DNA of 64,000 bases from positions 5,642,001-5,706,000 of the forward strand of contig JBHGNT010000005.1 in the NCBI GenBank assembly GCA_043228905.1, read 5' to 3'. This DNA comes from Azolla caroliniana. Its lineage: Eukaryota; Plantae; Polypodiophyta. Positions within the stretch are counted from its first letter, which is position 1, and each line of letters opens with the position of its first letter. Shown here piece after piece: positions 25,966 through 36,039 of this stretch. The position numbers were made by a program, and so were the translations under genes. The notes beneath the pieces were generated by a model. The model worked only from the letters and a program-made list of their open reading frames with translations. It was not told the DNA's origin and did no database searches.

Positions 25966-28900
25966 TTATGACACTATCCCCCCTTTAAAACGACGAGTTT
26001 CACGAGTCGTTTTGGATTGAGGACCCGGTTTCTCGGGATATCGTCGATGGAAGTCTTCTAGAAGAGCACGAGCATTGGTCACATTCTCGATCGGTTCCCA
26101 AGTACGCTCGCTGGGACTATATCCTAGCCAATCGACTAGATAGTAGAGCTTGTTGCGAACAATCTTGGAATCGAGGATGGCAGCGACCTCATACTCAGGT
26201 CCATCTTCGAGCTCGATAGGAGGTGGAGGTTGTATAGTACGTCCTGGGATAGTGCTCTCGTGATAGGGTTCGAGGAGAGAACTATGAAACACCGGGTGTA
26301 TCCGAAGTTGCGGAGGTAGCTCGAGACGAAAAGCGACATCATTAATCTTCCCGATAATACGGAAAGGACCTAATCGTCGATAATCCAACTTCTCACATGG
26401 GCGAGTAGTCTTGATGTGTCGTCGTAGCAGCCACACCCGATCTCCAATGTTAAAACTGGATGGAAGTCGATGACGATCTGCGTAGTCCTTGTGTGATTGT
26501 TGAGCTTGCTGGAGTTGAGTAGATAAATCCGCTTGTATCTTGCGTAACCGCTCCAAACGATCCTCCGCGCAAGGATTTGTGGACACTTCTGGGGTTTCAA
26601 GGACACACCACCGGGGATGATATCCCGTATAAGCGTAGAATGGCGTGACTTTAGTCGATGCGTGGATAGCGTTATTATAGGCAAATTCGGCGAACTGAAG
26701 AATATCTGCCCAGTCATTCTGATGATAGTTGAGAAAGCACCGCAGATACTGCTCCAGTGTTTGATTTGTTCGTTCGGCTTGACCGTCGGTTTGTGGGTGG
26801 TAGCCGGAGGAGAGGTTACAAGTGACCTTCAGCATTTTAAAAAGGTGCTTCCAGAATTTTGACACAAACTGGGGTCCACGATCGCTGATGATATTATCAG
26901 GGAGTCCATGATGCCGACATACTTCCCGCATGACAATTTCGGCGGTGTCTTCACTAGATATTTCTTTAGTACATGGTAAGAAATGAGCCATCTTCGTATA
27001 TCGATCCACCACTGTGAGAATCGCACTGAATCCCTTAGAGACTGGAAGATCTGTAATGAAGTCAAGAGCAATGGATTGCCATGGCTTGCTTGGAATTGGT
27101 AATGGTTCTAATAAACCATATGGATGATGTCTTGGCATTTTCGCTCTGCAGCATGTATCGCAAGTCCGAACAAAATCTTCGACAAATTGTCGCATACGGG
27201 GCCACCAGAATGATCGTTGTACTAAATCTAATGTTTTAGTACTACCAAAATGTCCTGCTGTATATGTGTCATGGCAGTTTTGTACTACTCGAAGGCGGCA
27301 AGAACCATTAGGAACATACAAAAGTTCTTTAAAGAAGAGTAATCCATCACAGTATTTGAATTGCCGATAATCCGTACCTGGTGATTGTGATTGTGAACAT
27401 GACGCTCGAGAGGGGTCAATTTGTGCTAGTATAGCTTGGGCGAAAGCGTCAGTCTTCAAGTCCTCACGTATAGTATTGGTAATGTCGGAATCCACGGGCA
27501 TGTCAAAGATCTGTGCTGCTTGCAGTCGTGCTGGACCCAAGATTACTTGCTTCTGGTTATCGAAAGCTGGCTCACCGGGACGTGGTGTTAGATACGAACG
27601 CCGTGATAATGCATCTGCCTTCCCTTGGTGCTTCCCCGGACGATATGTAATTTTGAAGTCGAAGCGTGTGAGGAAGTGGGCCCACCGAGCTTGACGTCGA
27701 TTCAGTACACGAGCATCTTGAAAGTAGGCAAGGTTCTTGTGGTCACTGAATACAGTGACCTGATGAGGAGATCCCTCTAGGAAATGCCTCCATTGCATAA
27801 AAGAATCAACTATTGCTAATAGCTCTTTATCATGAATTTCGTAGTTGATTTCGGCGGCGTCAAACTTACGGGAGTGGAAAGCCACAGGATGTAGCTTCTC
27901 GTCGTTACCCTGTTGTGACAGAATGCTCCCCAATGCGAAATCCGATGCATCAGCTTCGATAATGAATGGTTTTTCCGGATCCACATGACCTAAAATTGGA
28001 GCTGATGTAAACGCCTTCTTAAGACTCTCGAAAGCCATGTCCGTCTCTTTAGACCAAATGAATGATTGTCCCTTCCTGGTGAGCTGTGTGAGAGGCAGCA
28101 CAATTTTTGAGTAATTTTGTATGAACTTCCGGTAGAAATTTGCAAAGCCTAGGAAGCATTGCACATCCCGCACCGAACGCGGAGTGTGCCATTCTATCAC
28201 CGTTTTGACCTTGGCTGGATCCATAGATATGCCTTCTGAGGAGATGACATAGCCGAGAAACTCCACTTGGTTGCACCCGAAACTACATTTCTCTAACTTT
28301 GCATACAGACCATGTTCTCGAAGTCGTTTTAGTACTAATAGTACATGAGAATCATGTTCTTCTTGGGTCTTTGAATAAACCAGTAGATCATCCAAATAGA
28401 TGATCAAAAAATCATCCAAGAGATCTCGAAATATATCATTCGCCATGTGCTGGAAGACTGCCGGCGCATTAGTGAGTCCGAACGGCATGACCGTATACTC
28501 GAAGTGCCCATATCTGGTGCGAAAGGCGGTCTTCCATTCATCTCCTGGTCGGATCCGTACGAGGTTATAGGCTCCTCGTAAGTCGATCTTCGTGAAGAAC
28601 CTGGCACCGTTGATCCGTTCTAAAAGACTTGAGATAAGGGGAAGAGCATACCTATTTCTTACTGTGACCTTATTCAAGCCACGGTAATCTACAACGAGTC
28701 GAAGCGAGCCATCTTTTTTCTTGACGAAGAAAATGGGTGCGCCGGCTGGAGATTTCGAATGCCGAATGAAACCGTTCTCCAAATTCTCCTCTATATAGGC
28801 TCGAAGGACTTCTAGCTCGGTTGGTGACAAATTGTAGATCGGCCCCCATGGCGGCTCTTTTCCCGGTTGTAAGTCGATGGCGCAGTCGTACGGCCGATGA

Positions 28901-29556
28901 TGAGGAAGTGTGTTGGCTTGTACTTTATCGAACACATCAGCATACTGACGATACTTCTCGGGAAGTTGAACGGTGGACTCCTCTTTGGTGGTGCTGGAGG
29001 GTTGTACTGATATTGCAAAGAGAAACATTTCCTCCTTGCGCCCTTCCTCACGCAACTGGCGTAGCGAAATGGTTGCAACCTTCTGGGTAGATCCTTGGGT
29101 TTGTCGCAACCGGATTTCCCTTGTCCTCCAATCTATGTCTGGGTCATGTAACTCGAACCATGGTAATCCTAAAACTATGGGATGTTCTGGAATACTAATA
29201 ATATTAAATGATACTACACATGTTAAGTTATCTAGGACAATATTAACGGGTTCCGACTCTTCTATGATATTACCAGAAGCAATGGGACGACCATCAATGA
29301 CTACTACTGAGGCTGGACATGGGAGCTTTCTGAGAGATATCTGATGAGCTCGGGCAAAATTCCTATCCATGAAGCAAGAATTAGCTCCGGAATCTAGAAG
29401 GGCTAAGGTATGTACTGGAGGGGTACTTTTAGTACTAACTGCTACTTGGACTACGAACACATCACTAACTTGCTTAGAGGGAATGGAACCACTAATGGGC
29501 TGCACAGATCTAGGGCTGTCCAACCAAACGGCTCCTATTTTGGCTGGACTTAGTCG
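25966..29556 (-). CDS. pol: Pol of element C (PR-RT-RH-IN-chromodomain), -1 frame relative to gag
   Basis: Motifs LLDSGANS, YLDDLL, IEADASDF, H...H...CDTC, DFITDLP/SDRGPQF/DGQAERTN, GPF, and chromodomain EYEVAAILD...YLVDWLGY...TWEP. The frame is open back to the slippery site. Confidence 0.95.
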   Translation of the reverse strand, partial: RLSPAKIGAVWLDSPRSVQPISGSIPSKQVSDVFVVQVAVSTKSTPPVHTLALLDSGANSCFMDRNFARAHQISLRKLPCPASVVVIDGRPIASGNIIEESEPVNIVLDNLTCVVSFNIISIPEHPIVLGLPWFELHDPDIDWRTREIRLRQTQGSTQKVATISLRQLREEGRKEEMFLFAISVQPSSTTKEESTVQLPEKYRQYADVFDKVQANTLPHHRPYDCAIDLQPGKEPPWGPIYNLSPTELEVLRAYIEENLENGFIRHSKSPAGAPIFFVKKKDGSLRLVVDYRGLNKVTVRNRYALPLISSLLERINGARFFTKIDLRGAYNLVRIRPGDEWKTAFRTRYGHFEYTVMPFGLTNAPAVFQHMANDIFRDLLDDFLIIYLDDLLVYSKTQEEHDSHVLLVLKRLREHGLYAKLEKCSFGCNQVEFLGYVISSEGISMDPAKVKTVIEWHTPRSVRDVQCFLGFANFYRKFIQNYSKIVLPLTQLTRKGQSFIWSKETDMAFESLKKAFTSAPILGHVDPEKPFIIEADASDFALGSILSQQGNDEKLHPVAFHSRKFDAAEINYEIHDKELLAIVDSFMQWRHFLEGSPHQVTVFSDHKNLAYFQDARVLNRRQARWAHFLTRFDFKITYRPGKHQGKADALSRRSYLTPRPGEPAFDNQKQVILGPARLQAAQIFDMPVDSDITNTIREDLKTDAFAQAILAQIDPSRASCSQSQSPGTDYRQFKYCDGLLFFKELLYVPNGSCRLRVVQNCHDTYTAGHFGSTKTLDLVQRSFWWPRMRQFVEDFVRTCDTCCRAKMPRHHPYGLLEPLPIPSKPWQSIALDFITDLPVSKGFSAILTVVDRYTKMAHFLPCTKEISSEDTAEIVMREVCRHHGLPDNIISDRGPQFVSKFWKHLFKMLKVTCNLSSGYHPQTDGQAERTNQTLEQYLRCFLNYHQNDWADILQFAEFAYNNAIHASTKVTPFYAYTGYHPRWCVLETPEVSTNPCAEDRLERLRKIQADLSTQLQQAQQSHKDYADRHRLPSSFNIGDRVWLLRRHIKTTRPCEKLDYRRLGPFRIIGKINDVAFRLELPPQLRIHPVFHSSLLEPYHESTIPGRTIQPPPPIELEDGPEYEVAAILDSKIVRNKLYYLVDWLGYSPSERTWEPIENVTNARALLEDFHRRYPEKPGPQSKTTRETRRFKGGIVS

Positions 29557-30719
29557 TTTAACTCTTCTTCTAATTGGCTAAGGACATCAAATTTGTTTGC
29601 GAGATTCGGACTATTAGTACTATTAGGACTATTATGACTATGAGGATTATCAGAGATTCCTACTGACATAGACTCGGGTTTAGTATAGTCAGAACTAACA
29701 ATGACTTGGTTTACCTGCCTTCTTGGTCTATGGGGACAGTTTATCGCGATATGCCCTGGTCCACCGCAATAAAGGCATAATCGGTTTGTTCGGCGTCGTT
29801 GCTTTTCCTCCTCCGATAGCGGCCCACGACGACGTGTAGTGTCAATTTCCATTGGAGTTGGAGTACTTACTGGAGGCGCATTATGTGACTCCCTTTGAAA
29901 AGGTTTCGCTACCACTGAGGCATAGGTAGGCTCGGATCTTGCCCTCGGCATCTGAAATTGTCGTTCCGAACGTCGCTCGAAGAGGCGGTTGTCACATCTG
30001 ACCGCTCGACTGATTGCTTCTGTTAATGATTTTGGCTCTTCAGGGAAAGTCAAGAGTAAATCCTTGACATCGTTGCGTAGACCATAGCGGAACTGCTCCA
30101 TCAATGCTTGATCATCCCAGGGGATATCGGCGGCGAGTAGGCGGAAATCTGCAGCATATGCGGAGGCTGGACGGTCACCTTGGCGTAATCGCCGGATTTT
30201 GTTGATTGCAGTCCTTATGCTGTCAGTATCTCCAAAACATGCTTTAAACTCACTTATGAATTCTTCAAAATTATTTAGTACTGGAGATTCCTTTTCTAGT
30301 AGCGGAGCGAACCATGCTAATGCTGAGCCATTTAACAACGTGCCTACTAAACCCACTCGTGATGCATCGGTGGGATATCGGGACGGATGCATTTGAATAA
30401 CTAACCGTACCTGGTTAAGAAACCCTCTAAACTGCGATCGCGTTCCATCGAACTTCGTGGGAAGGCCAATCTTGGGTTCTTTATGAATCCCTTGTGCTCC
30501 GTGCCCTTGTTGTTGCATTGCTACGATGGTTGCTTCGAGTTGTTGCACGCGTAACGCAAGTTCCCCATGCTGTTGTTGCGTTTGCTGCTTTTCTAAGGAA
30601 ATTTGCTGAAGATCCCCCAACAAGCGTTGATTTTCTTGTTCCAAAGCATGAAACTTCTCTTTCAAGCATTGAAATTCCGAGAAAACAGATTGATACTCTT
30701 CAGCGCTAACGGTGGCCAT
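29550..30719 (-). CDS. gag: Gag of element C
   Basis: 389 aa with a coiled-coil N-terminus, PEG10-like PTKFDG...LRQG...YAADFR, PMEID and a CLYCGGPGHIAINC knuckle. Confidence 0.95.
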   Translation of the reverse strand: MATVSAEEYQSVFSEFQCLKEKFHALEQENQRLLGDLQQISLEKQQTQQQHGELALRVQQLEATIVAMQQQGHGAQGIHKEPKIGLPTKFDGTRSQFRGFLNQVRLVIQMHPSRYPTDASRVGLVGTLLNGSALAWFAPLLEKESPVLNNFEEFISEFKACFGDTDSIRTAINKIRRLRQGDRPASAYAADFRLLAADIPWDDQALMEQFRYGLRNDVKDLLLTFPEEPKSLTEAISRAVRCDNRLFERRSERQFQMPRARSEPTYASVVAKPFQRESHNAPPVSTPTPMEIDTTRRRGPLSEEEKQRRRTNRLCLYCGGPGHIAINCPHRPRRQVNQVIVSSDYTKPESMSVGISDNPHSHNSPNSTNSPNLANKFDVLSQLEEELND

Positions 30720-31771
30720 GGGATGAAGGAAAAGGGAAATAAGAGACTAGTAGGAAAGGAGAGAGACAGAAGGAAGAGGGAGACTAGTAGGGCAAATCGG
30801 TTCAAACTGTCAGGAACTCTATTAAGGCAGAGAAGGAATTAGTACTAAAAGAAGGATTAGTACTATTGTTGGGGAATAGTACTAAGACAGAGAAGGATTA
30901 GTACTATGAGAGGTGTCGAACTTTGAGAGAAGGAATGAGTGAGTGAGAGAGAGAGAGAGAGAGAGAGAATGATGATGCGAAAGATATATGTATTATATGA
31001 CGGAAGATATACAACAGTAGTTAGAAGGCTTAAGACTGGCGTTGAACCGATTTGGTTCGAACTAATGCCTTGCGCCTCCTTTTATAGTGTCTTCAGGAAT
31101 ACTCCTGAAGTTTCTAGAATGTTCCAGAGAAATCTGGAATATACATCAATTTCCTAATAAAACCTAAATGAAAATAATATCCTTCAAATTACAACTCATA
31201 ACCTAATGGTAAAGTCTCGACCCGTGTAACAAAAGGTTATGGGTTCGAGTCTAGTTATGACAGCTACGCTCCGTCACTCTCTAGTCCAAGACCCCCGTGG
31301 TCCTGCCTTTCTCCACGCACGCGCGTAACAACGCGACAACGTGCCCACTCTGGGCCTCTCATCCTCACGGCCACCGCCCATCTCCCCGGTCTTATGTCCG
31401 TGCTCGGGCGCAACCGCCGAAGTCTCCGGCCCCGGTGTCGAGGGATCTCGCCTCCGTCCGCTACAAACCTCCTCTTCGTCTTTTCGGTTGCCCGCCTTGC
31501 CGCCGCCACCGTCCGTCTCTCTAGGTCTCACACTGGCTCTCGGGCCGGTCGCCAGAGTCTCTAGGACCGGTGTGTGGAAGGTCACGGCACCGCCGCTCGC
31601 CTCCTCTTCTTCCTCGATTTCGCAAGCCTCAAGTATGCTCGCGAAATCCTCGTAGAACATTTCGGGAAACCGCGTCCCGAAACTTTCGCCCACTCTCGAA
31701 GTGGTGTCTATTGCTCCGTAGATATCGACCTCTTCCATGGCCGTCCTCTTTCCACAAGTCGAGAGGGTCGC

Positions 31772-33148
31772 TCACTCCGCACCCTCTCCCACATCGTCGC
31801 TGTGGTCGTCCGCCTTGCCGCTGCCACCGTTCATTACCCTAGGTCTCACGTGGGCACTTGGGCCGTCCGCCGGGGTCTCTTGAACCGGTGCATGTAAGGT
31901 AGCAACACCGCTGCTCATCGATGCTATGCCGGTAGCCACCTCCATTCGGACATCGTCGTCTGTGGCTATCCCGCCTCCGTATATGCAAGCATCAATTATG
32001 CTTGCCGCCTCCTCTTCCACGGTCTCCTTACTGTTGTCTCGGTTGCCCACCTTGCCGCCGCCACCGTCCGTCACTCTACGTCTCACACCGGCTCTCGGGC
32101 CGGTTGCCGGAGTCTCTAGGCCCGGTGTGCATAAGGTCGCGGCACCGCCGATTGTCTCCTCCTCCCTCGATGTTTCGGGCTGCCATGTCCCGAATCTGTA
32201 GTTACCGGCCTCCATGGCCGTCCATTCGCCGCAAGACGAGAGAGTCGCTCTTTCCGCACCCTCTCCCACATCATCGCCGTCGTGGTCGCCCGCCTTGCCG
32301 CCGCCACCGCCCGTCACTCTAGGTCTCACATCGGCTCTCTGGCCGTTTGCCGGAGTCTCTAGGCCCGGTGTGCTTAAGGTCGCGGCACCACCGCCTGTCT
32401 TCTCCCCACTTGATGTTTCGGGCCTCTGTGCCCGAACTCCCTCATGTCCGCTCGAATCGGCGATCGCCGCCTCACCGTCCCCGACCTCGTCCTCGGTCGA
32501 TCTTTTTCCGCATGTCGAGAGGGTGGCTCGCTCCGCACCCTCTCCCGTGGTACCGATGTACCATTCTCTTTCAGCCTCCTCATCCTCCGATCGCCTCCGG
32601 CCCGACTCCATAATAAGCCCTTCTTCGGCTTCGATTTTCCCCTTCACAAGCTCGCATGCCTCCCGTATTAGCGCTTCTAGGTCGAGCTCCTCCGAACCGT
32701 TTTGCGTTGAGCTCTCTTCCGGCGGTAGTGCGTACCCACTCACCGCTCTCTCTTCTCCGCCGCTCGCGGGCCGTGTTGTGGCCGACTGCCTCGCATCATG
32801 TTGCCGGCACACCCACCGATCGAACTCATGTCGACCTCTTCCTTCCGGTTCCGTGTACCCGTACGCTTCCAATAGAGCTCCCTCGAAGGACTCCCATGAC
32901 TCGTGAGCTTCTCGTAGCTCCTTGACGTCCTTGTGCACCAATACGGCCGCCACTCGCGGAAAATACTCTAGTCGCATCGCCTCGTCCATGCCCCCTTTCG
33001 CCATCTCGGCCTGGTAGGCTCCCAAAAATTTTGGGACCTCATTCCCATTGAACCGGCCGACTCGATCGACCACCCTTTCGACGGCTTGTTGAGCTGCATC
33101 TCGCTTCGCCATCTTCCGTCTGGCTTCCATCACGATTTTTGCCATCAT
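31772..33148 (-). CDS. Truncated Gag N-terminus fused to a repetitive Gly/Glu/Thr-rich tail (element A)
   Basis: N-terminus VGRFNGNEVPKFL...WESFEGALL matches D Gag IGRFDGKDATKYL...WEEFEGRLL. It is followed by repeated GAATLxTPGLETPAxGxRAxVRPRVTxGGGGK modules. Confidence 0.65.
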   Translation of the reverse strand: MMAKIVMEARRKMAKRDAAQQAVERVVDRVGRFNGNEVPKFLGAYQAEMAKGGMDEAMRLEYFPRVAAVLVHKDVKELREAHESWESFEGALLEAYGYTEPEGRGRHEFDRWVCRQHDARQSATTRPASGGEERAVSGYALPPEESSTQNGSEELDLEALIREACELVKGKIEAEEGLIMESGRRRSEDEEAEREWYIGTTGEGAERATLSTCGKRSTEDEVGDGEAAIADSSGHEGVRAQRPETSSGEKTGGGAATLSTPGLETPANGQRADVRPRVTGGGGGKAGDHDGDDVGEGAERATLSSCGEWTAMEAGNYRFGTWQPETSREEETIGGAATLCTPGLETPATGPRAGVRRRVTDGGGGKVGNRDNSKETVEEEAASIIDACIYGGGIATDDDVRMEVATGIASMSSGVATLHAPVQETPADGPSAHVRPRVMNGGSGKADDHSDDVGEGAE

Positions 33149-33882
33149 CTCCTCGAAGTCGAAGTCTTATTCCATCTCCATGCTCCCTTGCCGCCCTTCA
33201 CGTTGGGTTCACCAAAGATGTCGCGTTGTTACGCGCGTGCGTGTAGAAGGGCGGGACCACGGGGGTCTTGGACTAGGGAGTGGAGGAGAAAGATTAGCTC
33301 AAGAGGAGAAGAGAACGAATATGACATTATGATAGAAGAAGAAGATGCAATCAAGATACTCAACAAGAAGTTCTATTAAGAGATGAATGATTACAACAAA
33401 TGGTGGCCGCCATGGCCGCACCAAACGACTATATGAAAAACCCTAAAGGAAAACCCAAGAAGAAAACCCTAACCGAAACCCTAACCCTAACGCTCGACCT
33501 ATGTGGTATACCTCGCACACTCAAAATAGGCAACCCCCTCAATGGTGCCTTCTCTCTCCTTTTATAGCAGAAGGAGGGAAGACCGCTTACAAAAGTGAGA
33601 CTAAAATATCCCCTTTCATTCAAAGGGGATATTTGCCTTGATTTGGGGGAGGGTGAGATTGATGGCCCCTTAACTCCCACCTCCTCACAAATAACTAGGT
33701 ACCTATGTACCGCATAGTACCTCTCTCTCTCTCTCTCTCGCGTGGATGTGCGTACAACCACATCACCTTTATACCTTTATTACTATTACAAATACATTAT
33801 GTACGTGTGCAACGTTGCACATCGCTCTTTGGCTCTCGCTGCTCGGGTTTCCGCTTGTGGACGAAAATCTTCACGACAACGT

Positions 33883-34700
33883 GAGACTTGTACCTATTGA
33901 ATGAGAAGACTTACATTTTAACTCCTTGACTTAACCATTGCTGCAACCTGCAATATATAAGTTGGTTAGACAATATAAATGTTAAGCATAATAAAGATGT
34001 TTCACTAGTGTTTTTGCTAGCTATGTAAATAATTATTGCTTCAACGGCTTGGTTGGTTATGGTATATGGTTGTTACCCATAAGGTTGGAGGTTCAAGCCC
34101 GTCCTGGAGCGATTGGATAAAGAAAAGGTCATCTAATGAGACTTCTCAAAATTGCTTCAATAGATCAATTTGTTACTCTAGGATATTTGGTACTTTGAGG
34201 TATTTTTGTGTAAACAAAATGTCATCACACAGGACATGTAGCTATAAATTGATGATCACAAGTCTTACATCTAAACTACTTGAGCTAACCATGGTTGCAA
34301 TATCTAAGTTGTGGTTATAACATATAAATATGAGGGAGAGGTGGTTCAAGCCCTCCTTGGATCGATTGCGTAAAGGAAAGGTTCTCGCATGAGACTTCTC
34401 AATACAGTCTCAATAATATTGTACAAACAAAACACCATCACACAAAACTTGTGCGTGTTAAACGAGAAGTTTTACATTTTAACTACTACTAGACGTGACC
34501 ATTGCTAGTTATAGCATATAATGTTAAACCAACACAAAAATTAGTTAACATTGCTTCAATAGCTCAGTTGTTTAGATCGTATGGTTGCTAACCAGAAGTT
34601 TGGAGGTTCAAGCCATATTTGGTGCGATTAGATAAGAAAATGTTATCGCACGAGATATCTTGACATTTTGAAATCTTCAATAGATTTGTTTGTATCCACT
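33883..34700 (+). repeat. tRNA-Asn-derived array, continuation after element A
   Basis: The spacer interrupted at 22223 (GTCATCACGT) resumes as GAGACTTGTACCTAT. Pseudo-tRNAs at 34038-34111 and 34553-34626. Confidence 0.88.
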
Positions 34701-34859
34701 AGATATGGAGGTTAATTGTAGGGTTGATATTAACAAGTATTACATATTTGCTTCATACATCTATTTTAGTACATATTTGCTTCAATACATTTGTTTGTCA
34801 CAATGATTAATATGCAAGAGTTGCAGATCTATTTTAACATCTCATGTTATAATCTTTTC

Positions 34860-35745
34860 TCTACAAAATCACTCCAAGGAGAACGACCTTATGATTCACA
34901 AGTACATTCTAAAAAATTGAGCTATTGAAGCAAGTTACTACTAAAATTTATTTGCCATAACCAACTCAATCATTGAAGCAATGGTTCGCTCAAGTAGTTG
35001 TATAGGTGGAAGTATTGTTTAATGACCTTTTGTTCTACAATAACTCAGAGTGCATGAAACTCCAAAATTATGGGTAACAACCATACACTCTAACCAATTG
35101 AGCTATTGAAGCAATGTTAGCTCATGTGAGCTAAGTTAACATCAAAACATTGGTGAAAACTTTGCCTTATGGCTAACATTTATATCCTATAACCAACATA
35201 CATATTGACGCAATGTTTAGCTTAAGTAGTTAAAATGCCAAACTTGTAGTTCTTATTTAATATGTACAAGTTTCCTGCGATGACCATGTTTTTATACAAT
35301 TTCTCCAAAGAGGGTTTGAATATCTGACCTAACAACCATATGTTCTAACCAACTAAAGTGTTGAAACAATATTAACTTTGGTTAAACCTTTGCCATGACC
35401 AACATAGATATTGGAGGGATGGTTAGCTCAAATAGTTAAAATGCAAGACTTGTAATTCTTATTTTTGTAGGTACGATCGAAGTGGTAAACCATAAGTAAA
35501 ATCGCCAATAACACACTTTTTTGTATGCTCAATTGGTTAATAAAATTCCATGTTTTCTTCATCTTTAAATGGTTGCATTAGTTAGAGTGCCATGGTAATA
35601 ACAAAAGATCGCAAGTAAGACTCTCAATTGATTAGGGCATCGTATTAAAGGTCAAAAGTTCAAGGTTAAATGATCAAATCACTACTAGGAGGGCTTGAAC
35701 GTTTGAGCTTATGATTAAAAGCAGTATGCTCTAACCAACTATAAT
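34860..35745 (-). repeat. tRNA-Asn-derived array, inverted and more decayed block
   Basis: Reverse-complement copies, e.g. TGAGCTATTGAAGC at ~34918 and ~35099, and GGAGGGCTTGAAC...GCTCTAACCAACT at ~35688-35740. Confidence 0.8.
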
Positions 35746-36039
35746 AGTAAATACTCATGGGTGAAAAGCATGCAAGTGGAAACAATTAGCTATGTCCTTG
35801 ACATAGCTAATTAGCTATGCAAAAAGTTGTTAGTGATAAATAGTCATTTTTCTACCATGAATGAAAACATTAGAATGTTTTAATTATATAAATGAGCACC
35901 ATAAATGTGCAACATAAATGGATCTGTGCACCATAAATTATATACCAAATTCCTAGGTCCATTATGCATAATCCATTGCTAGATCTCGTTGGCCATCACT
36001 TTGTGACTATTCAGGCTTAGATTATTGCCATTGTTCCTA

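Larger units (their letters stand above)
25517..31262 (-). mobile_element. Element C: intact Ty3/gypsy chromovirus (Tf1/Tcn1-like), very recent
   Basis: LTRs at 25517-25973 and 30808-31262 look identical except for one GA unit. TSD GCTAC at 25512-16 and 31263-67. PPT at 25974-25989. Both ORFs are uninterrupted. Confidence 0.96.
24820..31338 (+). mobile_element. Solo LTR of family B, split by element C (24820-25516 and 31268-31338)
   Basis: Matches the LTRs at 38882 and 49951. Flanked by ACGT at 24816-19 and 31339-42. Removing it restores an in-frame RVGT-CEKTEG reading in element A. Confidence 0.9.
22224..33878 (-). mobile_element. Element A: non-autonomous Ty3/gypsy-type LTR element (D/F family cis signals)
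   Basis: LTRs at 22224-23089 and 33219-33878 (TG...CA). TSD ACGT at 22220-23 and 33879-82. tRNA-Trp PBS at 33197-33214, PPT at 23090-23105. No RT or IN found. Confidence 0.92.
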
